The notes beneath the pieces were generated by a model. It was given only the letters and a program-made list of their open reading frames with translations, was not told where the DNA came from and ran no database searches. This document shows, in pieces, positions 40,487 to 49,738 of a stretch of DNA of 53,740 nt (its first letter is position 1; the number at the start of each line of letters is the position of its first letter). Source of the stretch: Flexivirga caeni (lineage in GTDB: Bacteria; Actinomycetota; Actinomycetes; Actinomycetales; Dermatophilaceae); contig NZ_RJJQ01000006.1 of NCBI RefSeq assembly GCF_003724155.1, forward strand, positions 1 to 53,740, in the 5' to 3' direction. The position numbers were made by a program, and so were the translations under genes.

Positions 40487-41274
40487 GTCTGCGCATCCTC
40501 GTCACCGGCGGCACCGGTTACCTCGGTTCGGCGGCGGCATCCCAGGCTGCGGCTGCCGGGCACGACGTGATGGGGGTCTCGCGCAGCGCCGCGGTGCGGC
40601 TCGATGTCGCCGAACTCGCGGAGTGCCGACGGGTGGTTGCTCAGGTGGCGCCGGACGTCGTGATCCACACGGCATACGGCCAGGATGACTGGCGTACGAC
40701 GGCGGAAGGTGCCGCCCACGTGGCGATCGCGGCCGGGGAGAGCGGCGCGCATCTGGTGCACGTGTCGAGCGACGCCGTCTTCTCCGGGCAGGCGCCGGCG
40801 TATGACGAGAGCGCCATTCCCGACCCGGTGAATCGCTACGGCGCGGCGAAGGCCGCCGCGGAAGTGGCGGTCCGGGCCGTTCTGCCGGCCGCGACGATCG
40901 TGCGCACGTCGCTGATCCTCGGCCCGGATTCGTTCATGGAACGGCTGGTGCACAATCTCGCCGGGGGAGCGGACGGCGTGCTGTTCGCCGACGACATCCG
41001 CTGCCCGGTGCACCGCGACGACCTGGCGGCGGCGGTGCTCGAACTTGCCGCCGAGCGTCCGGCCGGGATGTTCCACTGCGGCGGTCCGGACGCGATCAGC
41101 CGAGCCGACATCGGGCGGCTCATCGCGCGCCGGGACGGGCTGGCGTTCGACCGGATCCGCATCGGGTCACGCGCCAGCTTCGGCCCCGGTCAGCAGCTGG
41201 ACCTGCGGCTGGACTCCCGGCATACGCAGGGGTTGTTGCGCACCCGGTTGCGGGGCGCGCGGGAGTTTCTCTGA
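40483..41274 (+). CDS. NAD(P)-dependent epimerase/dehydratase family protein (RmlD substrate-binding-like)
   Basis: GTG start overlapping the DedA stop. Rossmann motif ILVTGGTGYLGS. Confidence 0.7.
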   Translation: MSLRILVTGGTGYLGSAAASQAAAAGHDVMGVSRSAAVRLDVAELAECRRVVAQVAPDVVIHTAYGQDDWRTTAEGAAHVAIAAGESGAHLVHVSSDAVFSGQAPAYDESAIPDPVNRYGAAKAAAEVAVRAVLPAATIVRTSLILGPDSFMERLVHNLAGGADGVLFADDIRCPVHRDDLAAAVLELAAERPAGMFHCGGPDAISRADIGRLIARRDGLAFDRIRIGSRASFGPGQQLDLRLDSRHTQGLLRTRLRGAREFL

Positions 41275-41275
41275 G

Positions 41276-41311
41276 CGTCCCGAAGGCTTCGACGGTCGAG
41301 GTTTCGGGACG
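41276..41311. repeat. REP-like hairpin repeat, third copy
   Basis: CGTCCCGAAGGCTTCGACGGTCGAGGTTTCGGGACG, 2 nt after the epimerase stop. Same stems and conserved GACGGTCGAG loop as the 7988-8077 pair. Confidence 0.8.
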
Positions 41312-41387
41312 TCATACCTTGGGTTTCAATGCACAACCGGCAACGGTTGCTGGGTGGGGACGAGGAAGGCCTCCGGAACCGGCAGAT

Positions 41388-42632
41388 CTACCCGCTCGAC
41401 TGCACCGCGTCTGCTGCCTGCTCGCCGAGGCGCAGATGTCGCAGCGGCGCGCGGGTGATGCCCACGAGGAAGGTCAGCACGCACAGGGCCGCTGCGCCGA
41501 GCTCGACCTGCCGGGGAGTGAGGAAGTGCGCCGCCGGCCCGACGAGCAGCTGCCCGACCGGCATGGCGACGAAACTGAAGAATCCGTCGATGGCGTTGAC
41601 CCGCGACAGCATGTGCTCCGGCACCTTCTCCTGGACCGTCATGCTCCAGGCCAGGTTGATGACCGCGCTGCCGCATCCGCTGACGAAGAAGGCGACCGAG
41701 AGCGGGATCGTGTGCGCCCAGACCGCCAGGACGAACATCGGCACCGCGGTGGTGACGAAGCCGACCTGGCAGGCCAGCAGCGGACGGCGCAAGGTGATGC
41801 GGGCGAGCACGAACGCGAAGACGAAGAGCCCGACCGCCTGTGCGGCACGCGCGTATCCCCAGCCGGTGCTGCCAACCGTGCCCTTTGCGATGACCGGTCC
41901 CAGCACGTTGAGGGCGCCGCTGATCAGGGCGTTGAAGACCAGCGAGCAGCACGCCACCGGAATCACCCAGCCCAGTGCGCGGGAGAAGCTCCAACCCTGG
42001 CGAAAGTCGGCGAGGATGTGAGGCGTGGTGGTGGCGACCCGGCGCCCGGGCAGCTTCAAGAGGGTCAGGAAGAACGCGGCGGCGACGTACGTGCCCGCGT
42101 CGATCGCCAATGCCCAGCCCGGACTGCTCGCAGCGACCAGGATGCCCGCGACGGCCGGCCCGAAGATGCTCAACGCGCTCTGCGCCTGACTCAGCAGGAG
42201 ATATGCGCTCTTGCGATCCGGTTCCGGCAGCAGCACGGGGACCATGCCGTGGAACGCCGGATAGCTGATCGCCACCGCGGTGCCGCTGACGAACTGCAAC
42301 AGGATCAGCTGCCAGATGTGGGCTGTCCCGCTCAGGACGAGGAACGCGCTCGCTGCCTGCGTCACACCTTCCAGCAGGTTGCATCCGCGCAGCACGAGCG
42401 CTCGCGGGAAGCGGTCTGCGATGGCGCCGCCGATCAGCATGAACGCCACCATCGGCACGGTCCACGCGGCGACCACCCAGCCGAGCGCAGTTGGTGAGTT
42501 GTCGATGTGCAGAACCGCGAACGACAGTGCGATCCCCGACATCGACGACCCCGCGGTGTTGATCGTCTCGCCGAGGAAAAACCAGCGAAAGTTCTTGTGG
42601 CGCAACGATCTGAGCTGTTCGCCGCGCCTCAC
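41388..42632 (-). CDS. MFS transporter (EntS/enterobactin-exporter-like subfamily)
   Basis: 12 TMs. …RHKNFRWFFLGETINTAGSSMSGIALSFAVL… typical of this MFS subfamily. Confidence 0.8.
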   Translation of the reverse strand: MRRGEQLRSLRHKNFRWFFLGETINTAGSSMSGIALSFAVLHIDNSPTALGWVVAAWTVPMVAFMLIGGAIADRFPRALVLRGCNLLEGVTQAASAFLVLSGTAHIWQLILLQFVSGTAVAISYPAFHGMVPVLLPEPDRKSAYLLLSQAQSALSIFGPAVAGILVAASSPGWALAIDAGTYVAAAFFLTLLKLPGRRVATTTPHILADFRQGWSFSRALGWVIPVACCSLVFNALISGALNVLGPVIAKGTVGSTGWGYARAAQAVGLFVFAFVLARITLRRPLLACQVGFVTTAVPMFVLAVWAHTIPLSVAFFVSGCGSAVINLAWSMTVQEKVPEHMLSRVNAIDGFFSFVAMPVGQLLVGPAAHFLTPRQVELGAAALCVLTFLVGITRAPLRHLRLGEQAADAVQSSG

Positions 42633-42713
42633 GGTCGTATGCTCCCATCCGTATGCCGGGGACGTCGCGGCATTTTCCGGGCCGCTGGCCCCGGGGCAGC
42701 TCCGGCCGGCCCG

Positions 42714-43880
42714 TCAGCGCTGGTTGTCGCCGCCCTGAGCCGGATCGTCCTTGGCTGCAATGCCCTTGGGCTCCGAGTGCGAAGGCAGGTCCTGGGCCGG
42801 CTTGTCCGAGCCGACCTCGCCGCGCAGCGTGTCGAAGATCGCGACACCCTGCGCTGCCAGGCCGGAGATCATGTCGGAGAGGCCGTCCGAGCCGTTCAGC
42901 ATGGTGACCTTGGCTCCGGCCAGACCCTGTGCCGCCTTCTCGACGATCAGCGGCAGCTGGTTGATCAGCGCCTGGTCGAGCGCGACCCGATTGCTACTGG
43001 CGGCGGCTTCGGCCTGGATGCGGGTGCGCTCGGCTTCGGCGCGCGCCATGATGCGCAGCTTCTCCGCGTCGGCCTCGGCCGGCTTGATCACCTCGGCGAC
43101 CAGCTGCTCCTCACGCAGCGATGCCTGCCGCTGGGCCAGCTCGGTCTTGGCGTTGATGACTTCCTGCTGTGCCTGGGCGTCCGAGAGCGGACCGGCCTGC
43201 GCCGCTTTCGCCTGTGCCGCTTGGGTTTCCGCCGCGAAGCCGGCCTGGGTGATCGCGGTGTCGCGCTCATACTGCGCCTGCTGCCGCAGCGACTGCTGCT
43301 GTGCTTCGGCAGCTGCCTGGTCGGCGTTCGCCTGCGCGATCTGGGCCTGCTGCTGGATGCGCGCGTTGTGCGGCGCAGCCATCGCCCGGATGTAGCCGAG
43401 TCCGCCATCGTCGATGTTCTGGATCTGCAGGGCGTCGACGATCAGGCCCATCTTGGCCATCTCGCCCTTGGACCCGTCGAGCACCTCGGTGGCCAGCTTC
43501 TGCCGCTCGGTGATGATCTCCTCGACGGTCATCGAGCCGATGATCGAACGCAGGTGTCCGGCGAAGATGCGCCCGGTGAGGGTCGGCATCTGCCGCTGGT
43601 CGGAGAGGAATCGCTGGCCGGCGTTCACGATCGACTCGGTGTCGTTGCCGACCTTGGCGGCAATCACCGCGCGCACGGTGAGCGCGATCCCCTGTTTGGT
43701 CACACATGGCTCCTCGACCTCGGACTCGAAGAGCGACAGCGACAGGAACTGCACCTTGCGGAAGACCGGCACGACGAAGGCGCCGTGCCCGGTGACGACC
43801 TTGAACGGTGCTGCCGCACCGCCGCGCCCACCTGAGATCAGCATCGCTTGATCGGCTTGCGGGACCCGATACCCAAACAT
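42714..43880 (-). CDS. flotillin-like SPFH/band-7 protein
   Basis: Start MFGYRVPQADQAMLISGG resembles the flotillin N-terminus. SPFH domain then a long Ala/Gln/Glu-rich coiled-coil (flotillin repeats). Confidence 0.85.
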   Translation of the reverse strand: MFGYRVPQADQAMLISGGRGGAAAPFKVVTGHGAFVVPVFRKVQFLSLSLFESEVEEPCVTKQGIALTVRAVIAAKVGNDTESIVNAGQRFLSDQRQMPTLTGRIFAGHLRSIIGSMTVEEIITERQKLATEVLDGSKGEMAKMGLIVDALQIQNIDDGGLGYIRAMAAPHNARIQQQAQIAQANADQAAAEAQQQSLRQQAQYERDTAITQAGFAAETQAAQAKAAQAGPLSDAQAQQEVINAKTELAQRQASLREEQLVAEVIKPAEADAEKLRIMARAEAERTRIQAEAAASSNRVALDQALINQLPLIVEKAAQGLAGAKVTMLNGSDGLSDMISGLAAQGVAIFDTLRGEVGSDKPAQDLPSHSEPKGIAAKDDPAQGGDNQR

Positions 43881-44009
43881 GTTCGTTCCTGTCTTCCCCG
43901 AATGCTCGCCGGTCCGCCCGGCGAGTCGTGACACTGGCATACCACCGCTGCGTGCAGAGTGCCCGAGCGGGTGCGTGATCATGGACGCACCGTCCGCGGC
44001 TCGTGGTTC

Positions 44010-44249
44010 CTAGAGCACGAGCAGCGAATCCCGGCGTTCACCCCAGGCGACGACGGTCACTTCCCGGCCGCCGAGATCCTCCACGACATACACCTGCTGA
44101 TCCTTGGGCAACGGCAGTGCCGAGTATGCCGTGAACGTCTCGCTTCCGCCGCGGATGGGCACGACCACCTCTCCTGGACCCTCCTCACCACGGGTCGCCA
44201 CCGTCAGGTAGCCGAGCCGGCCGATCGGCGAGGCCTCGGCGGTGTCCAT
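44010..44249 (-). CDS. small NfeD-like (OB-fold) protein upstream of flotillin
   Basis: 79 aa from MDTAEASPIGRLGYLTVATRGEEGPGEVVVPIRGG…VYVVEDLGGREVTVV: beta-rich NfeD C-domain-like pattern, in operon position with flotillin. Confidence 0.45.
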   Translation of the reverse strand: MDTAEASPIGRLGYLTVATRGEEGPGEVVVPIRGGSETFTAYSALPLPKDQQVYVVEDLGGREVTVVAWGERRDSLLVL

Positions 44250-44299
44250 AGCCCAGGATCGTACGACGCCAGCGGCTGCTCCGCTCGTACCCTGGTGCC

Positions 44300-45601
44300 A
44301 TGACGAGCACGATCGACCACCTGCAATCCGGCGCCGCGAGTGACTCCGCGGAGCGCGTCCACCACGCGGGGCGCGCGGCACGTGTCGCCGCCAAGCAGCT
44401 CGCGGTGCTCACCCGGGCGGACAAGGACGCCGCGCTGGCCGCGCTGGCCGACGCCCTGGTCGCCGCGACCGCGTCGATCGTGGCCGCTAACGAGTCCGAC
44501 CTGGCGCGCGGGCGCGGGTCGGGGATGCCCGAAGGCTTGCAGGACCGGCTGCGGCTGACCCCCGAACGCGTCGCCTCGATCGCCGACGCGCTGCGGCAGC
44601 TCGCCGCGCTGCCCGACCCGGTCGGGGACGTCGTACGCGGCTCGACCCTGGCCAATGGCCTGCAGTTGCGGCAGGTTCGCGTGCCGATGGGCGTCGTGGG
44701 GATGGTCTATGAGTCGCGCCCCAATGTGACGGTCGACGCTGCCGGTCTTGGCCTCAAGAGTGGCAACGCAATGATCCTGCGTGGCGGTTCGGCGGCTGCC
44801 GAGACCAACCGGGTGATCGTCGAGGTGCTGCGCGATGCGCTGTCCCACCAAGGCATTTCGCCGGACGCGGTGCAGTTGCTCGACGGCGGGCACGAGGATG
44901 TCGACGCGTTGATCACCGCTCGCGGGCTGGTCGACCTGGTGATCCCGCGCGGCAGCGACCGGCTGATCCAGGCAGTCGTGCAGGGTGCGACGGTGCCGGT
45001 GATCGAGACCGGTGTCGGCAATTGTCATGTCTATATCGACGCCGCTGCCGATCCGCAGCAGGCTGTCGCGATCGCACTGAACTCCAAGACCGACCGGCCG
45101 AGCGTCTGCAACGCCGCCGAGTCGCTGCTGGTGCACCGTGACATCGCCGACAGCATCCTGCCCGTCCTGTATGACGCCCTCACCGCCGCGCAGGTCACGC
45201 TGCACGCCGACGACAGGGCCTCCCAGGTTGCGGAACGCGTTGGGGCGCCATACGTTCCGGCGACGGAGGAGGACTTCGCGACCGAATATCTCGACCTGCA
45301 GCTGAGCGTCGCCGTCGTCGACGACCTGGCTGCCGCGATCGCGCACATCGACCGTTTCGGTTCGGGGCACACCGAGGTGATCGTGACGCAGGACCGCTCC
45401 GCCGCCCGGAAGTTCGTCGCCGAGGTCGACGCGGCCGTCGTCGCGGTCAACGCGTCGTCGCGGTTCACCGACGGCGGGGAGTTCGGCTTCGGCGCCGAGA
45501 TCGGCATCTCCACGCAGAAGCTGCACGCGCGCGGCCCGATGGGGCTGCAGGAGCTCACCAGCACCAAGTGGGTCGTCGAGGGCGACGGCCAGATCCGCTG
45601 A
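44300..45601 (+). CDS. proA: gamma-glutamyl phosphate reductase
   Basis: Aldehyde-dehydrogenase fold with catalytic Cys in …DRPSVCNAAESLLVH…. Confidence 0.93.
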   Translation: MTSTIDHLQSGAASDSAERVHHAGRAARVAAKQLAVLTRADKDAALAALADALVAATASIVAANESDLARGRGSGMPEGLQDRLRLTPERVASIADALRQLAALPDPVGDVVRGSTLANGLQLRQVRVPMGVVGMVYESRPNVTVDAAGLGLKSGNAMILRGGSAAAETNRVIVEVLRDALSHQGISPDAVQLLDGGHEDVDALITARGLVDLVIPRGSDRLIQAVVQGATVPVIETGVGNCHVYIDAAADPQQAVAIALNSKTDRPSVCNAAESLLVHRDIADSILPVLYDALTAAQVTLHADDRASQVAERVGAPYVPATEEDFATEYLDLQLSVAVVDDLAAAIAHIDRFGSGHTEVIVTQDRSAARKFVAEVDAAVVAVNASSRFTDGGEFGFGAEIGISTQKLHARGPMGLQELTSTKWVVEGDGQIR

Positions 45602-45669
45602 GTGGGGAACTCACCGTTACTCGGTCGGTCGGTGCGCCCGCGAACGTCATACCCGATAGGCTGTGCACC

Positions 45670-45864
45670 ATGAGGTCGTCCCTGGTCAAGCTCGCTGCCG
45701 ACTCCAACGTGCCCAAGCTGGAGGAGCACCACCTGCCCATGCCGCACTGGATGTATGGCGGCCTGGCGTTCATCGTCTTCCTGGCGTTGCTCGGTGTGCT
45801 GTGGACGTTCCGCAACACGGCGGCGGACCAGGCTTCCGCCGACGAAGGGGAGAAGGAGCACTGA
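45670..45864 (+). CDS. small single-TM membrane protein (64 aa), hypothetical
   Basis: ATG ORF with hydrophobic helix [16 protein letters not shown]. Ends 15 nt before nadD. Confidence 0.4.
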   Translation: MRSSLVKLAADSNVPKLEEHHLPMPHWMYGGLAFIVFLALLGVLWTFRNTAADQASADEGEKEH

Positions 45865-45878
45865 CCGTCCGGCTGGGC

Positions 45879-46469
45879 GTGATGGGCGGCACGTTCGACC
45901 CCATTCACCACGGCCACCTGGTCGCCGCCAGCGAGGTCCAGACCCAGCTGGGCCTGGACGAGGTCATCTTCGTGCCGACCGGCCAGCCGTGGCAGAAGGA
46001 AGGCCGCAACGTCACCCCGGCGGAGGACCGCTACCTCATGACGGTCATCGCGACCGCCTCCAACCCACGCTTCACCGTCAGCCGCGTCGACATCGACCGG
46101 CCGGGACCGACCTACACGCTCGACACGCTGACCGACCTGCGGCGTGAGCGTCCTGACGCCGAGCTCTTCTTCATCACCGGAGCCGACGCGCTCGCGCAGA
46201 TCCTCTCCTGGCACGGTGTCGCGCAGATGTGGCCGCTCGCGCACTTCATCGGGGTCACGCGCCCGGGGCACGTGCTGTCCGACAAGGGACTGCCGCGGGA
46301 ACACGTCCAGCTGATGGAGGTGCCGGCGATGGCGATCAGCTCCACCGACTGCCGGCAGCGCGTCGTCGACGGCGAGCCCGTCTGGTACCTCGTCCCCGAC
46401 GGCGTCGTCCAGTACATTGCGAAATACCAGCTCTACCAGCCGAAATCCGGCGCAACGAAGGAGGCATGA
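45879..46469 (+). CDS. nadD: nicotinate-nucleotide adenylyltransferase
   Basis: [14 protein letters not shown] (H/T)xGH motif. Near-colinear with mycobacterial NadD. Start GTG 45879 or ATG 45882. Confidence 0.88.
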   Translation: MMGGTFDPIHHGHLVAASEVQTQLGLDEVIFVPTGQPWQKEGRNVTPAEDRYLMTVIATASNPRFTVSRVDIDRPGPTYTLDTLTDLRRERPDAELFFITGADALAQILSWHGVAQMWPLAHFIGVTRPGHVLSDKGLPREHVQLMEVPAMAISSTDCRQRVVDGEPVWYLVPDGVVQYIAKYQLYQPKSGATKEA

Positions 46470-46828
46470 AGGTGACCGCGACCGTCCGGGCCGTCGATCT
46501 GGCCAAGGCCGCAGCCGCCGCAGCGGAGGACAAGCTCGCCACGTCGGTGATCGCGATCGACGTGAGCGATCAGCTCGCCCTGACCGACGTCTTCGTGGTC
46601 GCCTCCGGTGAAACCGACCGCCAGGTCACCGCGATCGTGGACGCGGTGCTGGAGCGGCTGCACGAGCTCGGTGCCAAGCCGGTCCGCCGGGAAGGCAACC
46701 GCGAAGACCGTTGGGTGCTGCTCGATTTCGGCGACATCGTGGTGCACGTACAGCACGACGAGGAGCGCGAGTTCTACGCCCTCGACCGGCTGTGGCGCGA
46801 CTGCCCGACCATCGATCTCACCCAATGA
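46466..46828 (+). CDS. rsfS: ribosomal silencing factor RsfS (Iojap)
   Basis: GAAGGAGG RBS. …[21 protein letters not shown]…[13 protein letters not shown]… ATGA-coupled to nadD. Confidence 0.9.
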   Translation: MKVTATVRAVDLAKAAAAAAEDKLATSVIAIDVSDQLALTDVFVVASGETDRQVTAIVDAVLERLHELGAKPVRREGNREDRWVLLDFGDIVVHVQHDEEREFYALDRLWRDCPTIDLTQ

Positions 46829-47472
46829 GCGAGCCGCGTCGCCTGGTCGTATGGCGCCACGGCGAAACCACCTACAACGCGACCGGCCGCTGGCAGGGAC
46901 AGCTCGACGTCCCGCTGTCCGACCGCGGCAAGCAGCAGGCTGCCCAAGCGGTGGAAGCCCTTGCGGCATATGGCATTTCGCAGATCGTGGCATCCGACCT
47001 GAGCCGGGCCGCGGAGACCGCGCGGGCGCTCGCGGAGTATGCCGAGCTGCCGCTGCGCTTCGACGAGCGGTTCCGTGAGATCAACGCAGGGATCTGGCAG
47101 GGGCTCACCGGCGGCGAGGTGCGCGCCCGCTTCGGAGACGTCCACAATCGCATTACCGCCGGTGAGGATCTGCGACGCGGGGAGACCGGCGAGACGGTCG
47201 CCGAGGTCGCGCAGCGGGTGCAGGAGGGCGCGTCCGACCTCGTCGCCGGTATGGCGCCGGGGGAGACCGCCGTCATCGCGACCCACGGATTCGCCGGGCG
47301 TGCGCTCTGCGCCGCGCTCACCGGCATACCGCAGCAGGTCGCGATCGACGCGCTGCAGGGCATGAGCAACTGTCACTGGGCGATGCTCGTGGAGTATGCC
47401 GGAGGCTGGCACCTCGCCGGCTGGAACCTCCGGCAGCCGGTGGACGCGTTGGCCGGAGTTCGGTCGCGATGA
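46825..47472 (+). CDS. histidine phosphatase (phosphoglycerate-mutase-like) family protein, GpgP-like
   Basis: RHGETTYN catalytic RHG motif. Same nadD-rsfS-phosphatase order as in mycobacteria. Confidence 0.85.
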   Translation: MSEPRRLVVWRHGETTYNATGRWQGQLDVPLSDRGKQQAAQAVEALAAYGISQIVASDLSRAAETARALAEYAELPLRFDERFREINAGIWQGLTGGEVRARFGDVHNRITAGEDLRRGETGETVAEVAQRVQEGASDLVAGMAPGETAVIATHGFAGRALCAALTGIPQQVAIDALQGMSNCHWAMLVEYAGGWHLAGWNLRQPVDALAGVRSR

Positions 47473-47984
47473 GCCGCATCGGCGCTGCGGCGCGAGGCGT
47501 GAAATCGTCGAAATTCGCTGCGCGCCGGACGATTTCGCCGCGCTGGTTCGCGCGGGCGATGAGTCTCTACCCGCCGTTGCTAGGTGCCGGCATCCGGGTC
47601 GTGGAGTTCTCCGACGACTGGACGGTGTGCCGCACCGAGCTGCGGCTGAACCGGCTCAACCGCAACCAGCAGGGCACGGCGTTCGGCGGCTCGATCGGCT
47701 CGATGTCCGACGCGTTCTTCGCGCTGCTGCTCTGGAACCAGCTCGGCAAGGGCTACTACGTCTGGGACACCAAGGCCGAGATCGACTACCTCAGCCCCGG
47801 CACCGGCACGGTGCACGGCCGTTTCGAAGTGCCTCGTGAGGTGGCTGAGGAGGTCCGCGCCGCAGCGGCATCCGGCGACAAGGTGTTGCGCTGGTTCGAA
47901 ACCGACCTCACCCTGGACGACGGCACGGTCGTCGCACACGTGCGTCGACAGGTCTACGTGCGCAGGCGCTCCGACTCGCGGTGA
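47469..47984 (+). CDS. DUF4442-like (hotdog/thioesterase-like) protein
   Basis: ATGA-coupled to the phosphatase gene. …AMSLYPPLLGAGIRVVEFSDDW… family call tentative. Alternative start at 47559. Confidence 0.5.
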   Translation: MSRIGAAARGVKSSKFAARRTISPRWFARAMSLYPPLLGAGIRVVEFSDDWTVCRTELRLNRLNRNQQGTAFGGSIGSMSDAFFALLLWNQLGKGYYVWDTKAEIDYLSPGTGTVHGRFEVPREVAEEVRAAAASGDKVLRWFETDLTLDDGTVVAHVRRQVYVRRRSDSR

Positions 47985-47988
47985 GCGG

Positions 47989-48720
47989 TCACGGCGTGAG
48001 GGTCCAGTGGCCTTGCCCCTCGACCACCACCGGCACCGGCCCTGCGGGCATGGAGAACTGGGTTGCGGGCTGGTTGGGCGTGGCGCTGGCCGGGATGCTG
48101 TCCGCATTGCTGGCGCCCGTGCGGGTGAATGGCGTGAAATCGCCGTAATAGCGGTTCAACTCCGCCGTGGCTGCGGCCCGCGACATCGACGCGCCTGGCT
48201 GCAGTCCGACGGTCGGTCCGTAGGTTGCTAGCCCGGCCGGTTCGCGGTTCGCCAGGCGCAGGCTGACAACCTCGCAGGCGCCGAAGGCGATGAGTACGAC
48301 GAGCGCAATCACATTGGTAGCAAACACGATTCGGCGCGGTGTCCGCCCTGGGTGTTTCCGGAGGTCGCGGATCACGAACACCGCCCACGTCGCGAGCAGG
48401 AACGCGCCGATCGCGATCAGCACGGTGCCCTCGGCCACGAGCTCGCTGTGGCTCGAGGTGACGACCTTGCTGCCGGCCCGCGACGAGTGCTGCACCACCC
48501 AGGGGTGCCAGTTGGCGATCGGACTGGCACCGACGAGCACGAATGCGGCCCCGGGAATCCACAGCAGCCAGGCCAGCGCGATGCGGCGCACCTGTCGCGG
48601 TAGCAGCAGCAGGTAGATGCCCGCCGTGGCGAACATCACGAAGAGCAGGCACGTTCCGAAGAGCAGCCGCACCGGCGTGGTGGCGTCGGGTATGTCGACC
48701 GCCGTTCCGAGCACGATCAC
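47989..48720 (-). CDS. hypothetical integral membrane protein (4-5 TMs)
   Basis: 243-aa ORF with multiple hydrophobic helices. Convergent with the DUF4442 gene. Confidence 0.5.
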   Translation of the reverse strand: MIVLGTAVDIPDATTPVRLLFGTCLLFVMFATAGIYLLLLPRQVRRIALAWLLWIPGAAFVLVGASPIANWHPWVVQHSSRAGSKVVTSSHSELVAEGTVLIAIGAFLLATWAVFVIRDLRKHPGRTPRRIVFATNVIALVVLIAFGACEVVSLRLANREPAGLATYGPTVGLQPGASMSRAAATAELNRYYGDFTPFTRTGASNADSIPASATPNQPATQFSMPAGPVPVVVEGQGHWTLTP

Positions 48721-48853
48721 CAGCCCGAGCCCGGGCAGAGGATGTCTGACGGTCGGGCAGGTTTGGGCACGGGCACACCGTATGGACGGTTCCTGACACT
48801 TCGCTCGTTCCGCAGTCGGAGGTGCCGCGACTCGTCGTGCTCCAGACTCACCG

Positions 48854-48876
48854 GTAAGTTAGGTCTACCTAAACTC
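48854..48876. promoter_or_regulatory. AT-rich palindrome upstream of the siderophore-interacting protein gene (candidate metalloregulator box)
   Basis: GTAAGTTAGGTCTACCTAAACTC, a perfect TTAGG-tcta-CCTAA core, ~12 nt upstream of the RBS. Confidence 0.35.
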
Positions 48877-48888
48877 AAGGAGTGCTCA

Positions 48889-49704
48889 ATGCCCCGTTCG
48901 CGTATGCCGCACGAACTGCACGTCGTCTCGACCGAGAACGTCACCCCGCACCTGACCCGGGTCTGGTTCACCGGGCCGGGTTTCGACGCGATCGCGGCAC
49001 GCACCGAGACCGACGCCTACGTGAAGCTGGTCTTCCTCGCGGACGGTTTCGATTACCCGCAACCGCTCGACCTGGGCGTCGTGCAGGAGACGCTGCCGCC
49101 GGAGGCGCAGCCGACGCTGCGTACCTACACGATCCAGCAGGTGGATGACGAAAACCGCCGATTCGCCATCGATTTCGTCGTGCACGGCGACGAGGGGATC
49201 GCCGGACCGTGGGCGGCATCCGCACAGCCGGGGGACCGGCTGCCGATGATGGGCCCGGGCGGCGGCTATTCGCCGAGCGCGGATGCCGACTTCCACTTCC
49301 TGGTCGGCGACGAGACCGCGCTGCCCGCGATCAGCGCCGCGCTGCAGGCGATGCCGTCCGGCGCCCGTGGCGTTGTGTATGCCGAGACCGGTGATGTCGC
49401 TGACGAGGTCGAGCTTCCGTTGCCGGACGGTTTCGAGGTGCACTACGTGCGGCGCACCGGTGAGGACCACAGTGCGCTGCGCGACGCGGTCGTGTCCGCC
49501 CCGTGGCCCGACGGGGCCGTGCACGTGTTCGCGCACGGCGAGGCCGAACTCACCATGCGCGGCCTGCGCCCCTACTTCCGTGGGGAGCGCAACGTCCCGG
49601 CCGCGCTCGCCTCGATCTCGGGCTACTGGCGGCACGGCCGCACCGAGGAAGCCTTCCGCACCTGGAAGCGCGACCTCGCCGAACAGGACGCGAAGAGCGC
49701 CTGA
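48889..49704 (+). CDS. siderophore-interacting protein (SIP/ViuB family FAD-binding ferric-siderophore reductase)
   Basis: AAGGAG RBS. FAD-binding RTYTI motif and NAD-binding HFLVGDETALPAISA typical of the SIP family. Confidence 0.8.
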   Translation: MPRSRMPHELHVVSTENVTPHLTRVWFTGPGFDAIAARTETDAYVKLVFLADGFDYPQPLDLGVVQETLPPEAQPTLRTYTIQQVDDENRRFAIDFVVHGDEGIAGPWAASAQPGDRLPMMGPGGGYSPSADADFHFLVGDETALPAISAALQAMPSGARGVVYAETGDVADEVELPLPDGFEVHYVRRTGEDHSALRDAVVSAPWPDGAVHVFAHGEAELTMRGLRPYFRGERNVPAALASISGYWRHGRTEEAFRTWKRDLAEQDAKSA

Positions 49705-49738
49705 GGGCAGCCGATTTGGTGCAGCCTCCCGTGGCTGG

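Noticed and set aside
48854-48876. Canonical 19-bp IdeR/DtxR iron box
   Set aside because: Only the TTAGG/CCTAA half-sites match. Spacing and the remaining positions do not fit TTAGGTTAGGCTAACCTAA, so it is reported only as a variant palindrome.
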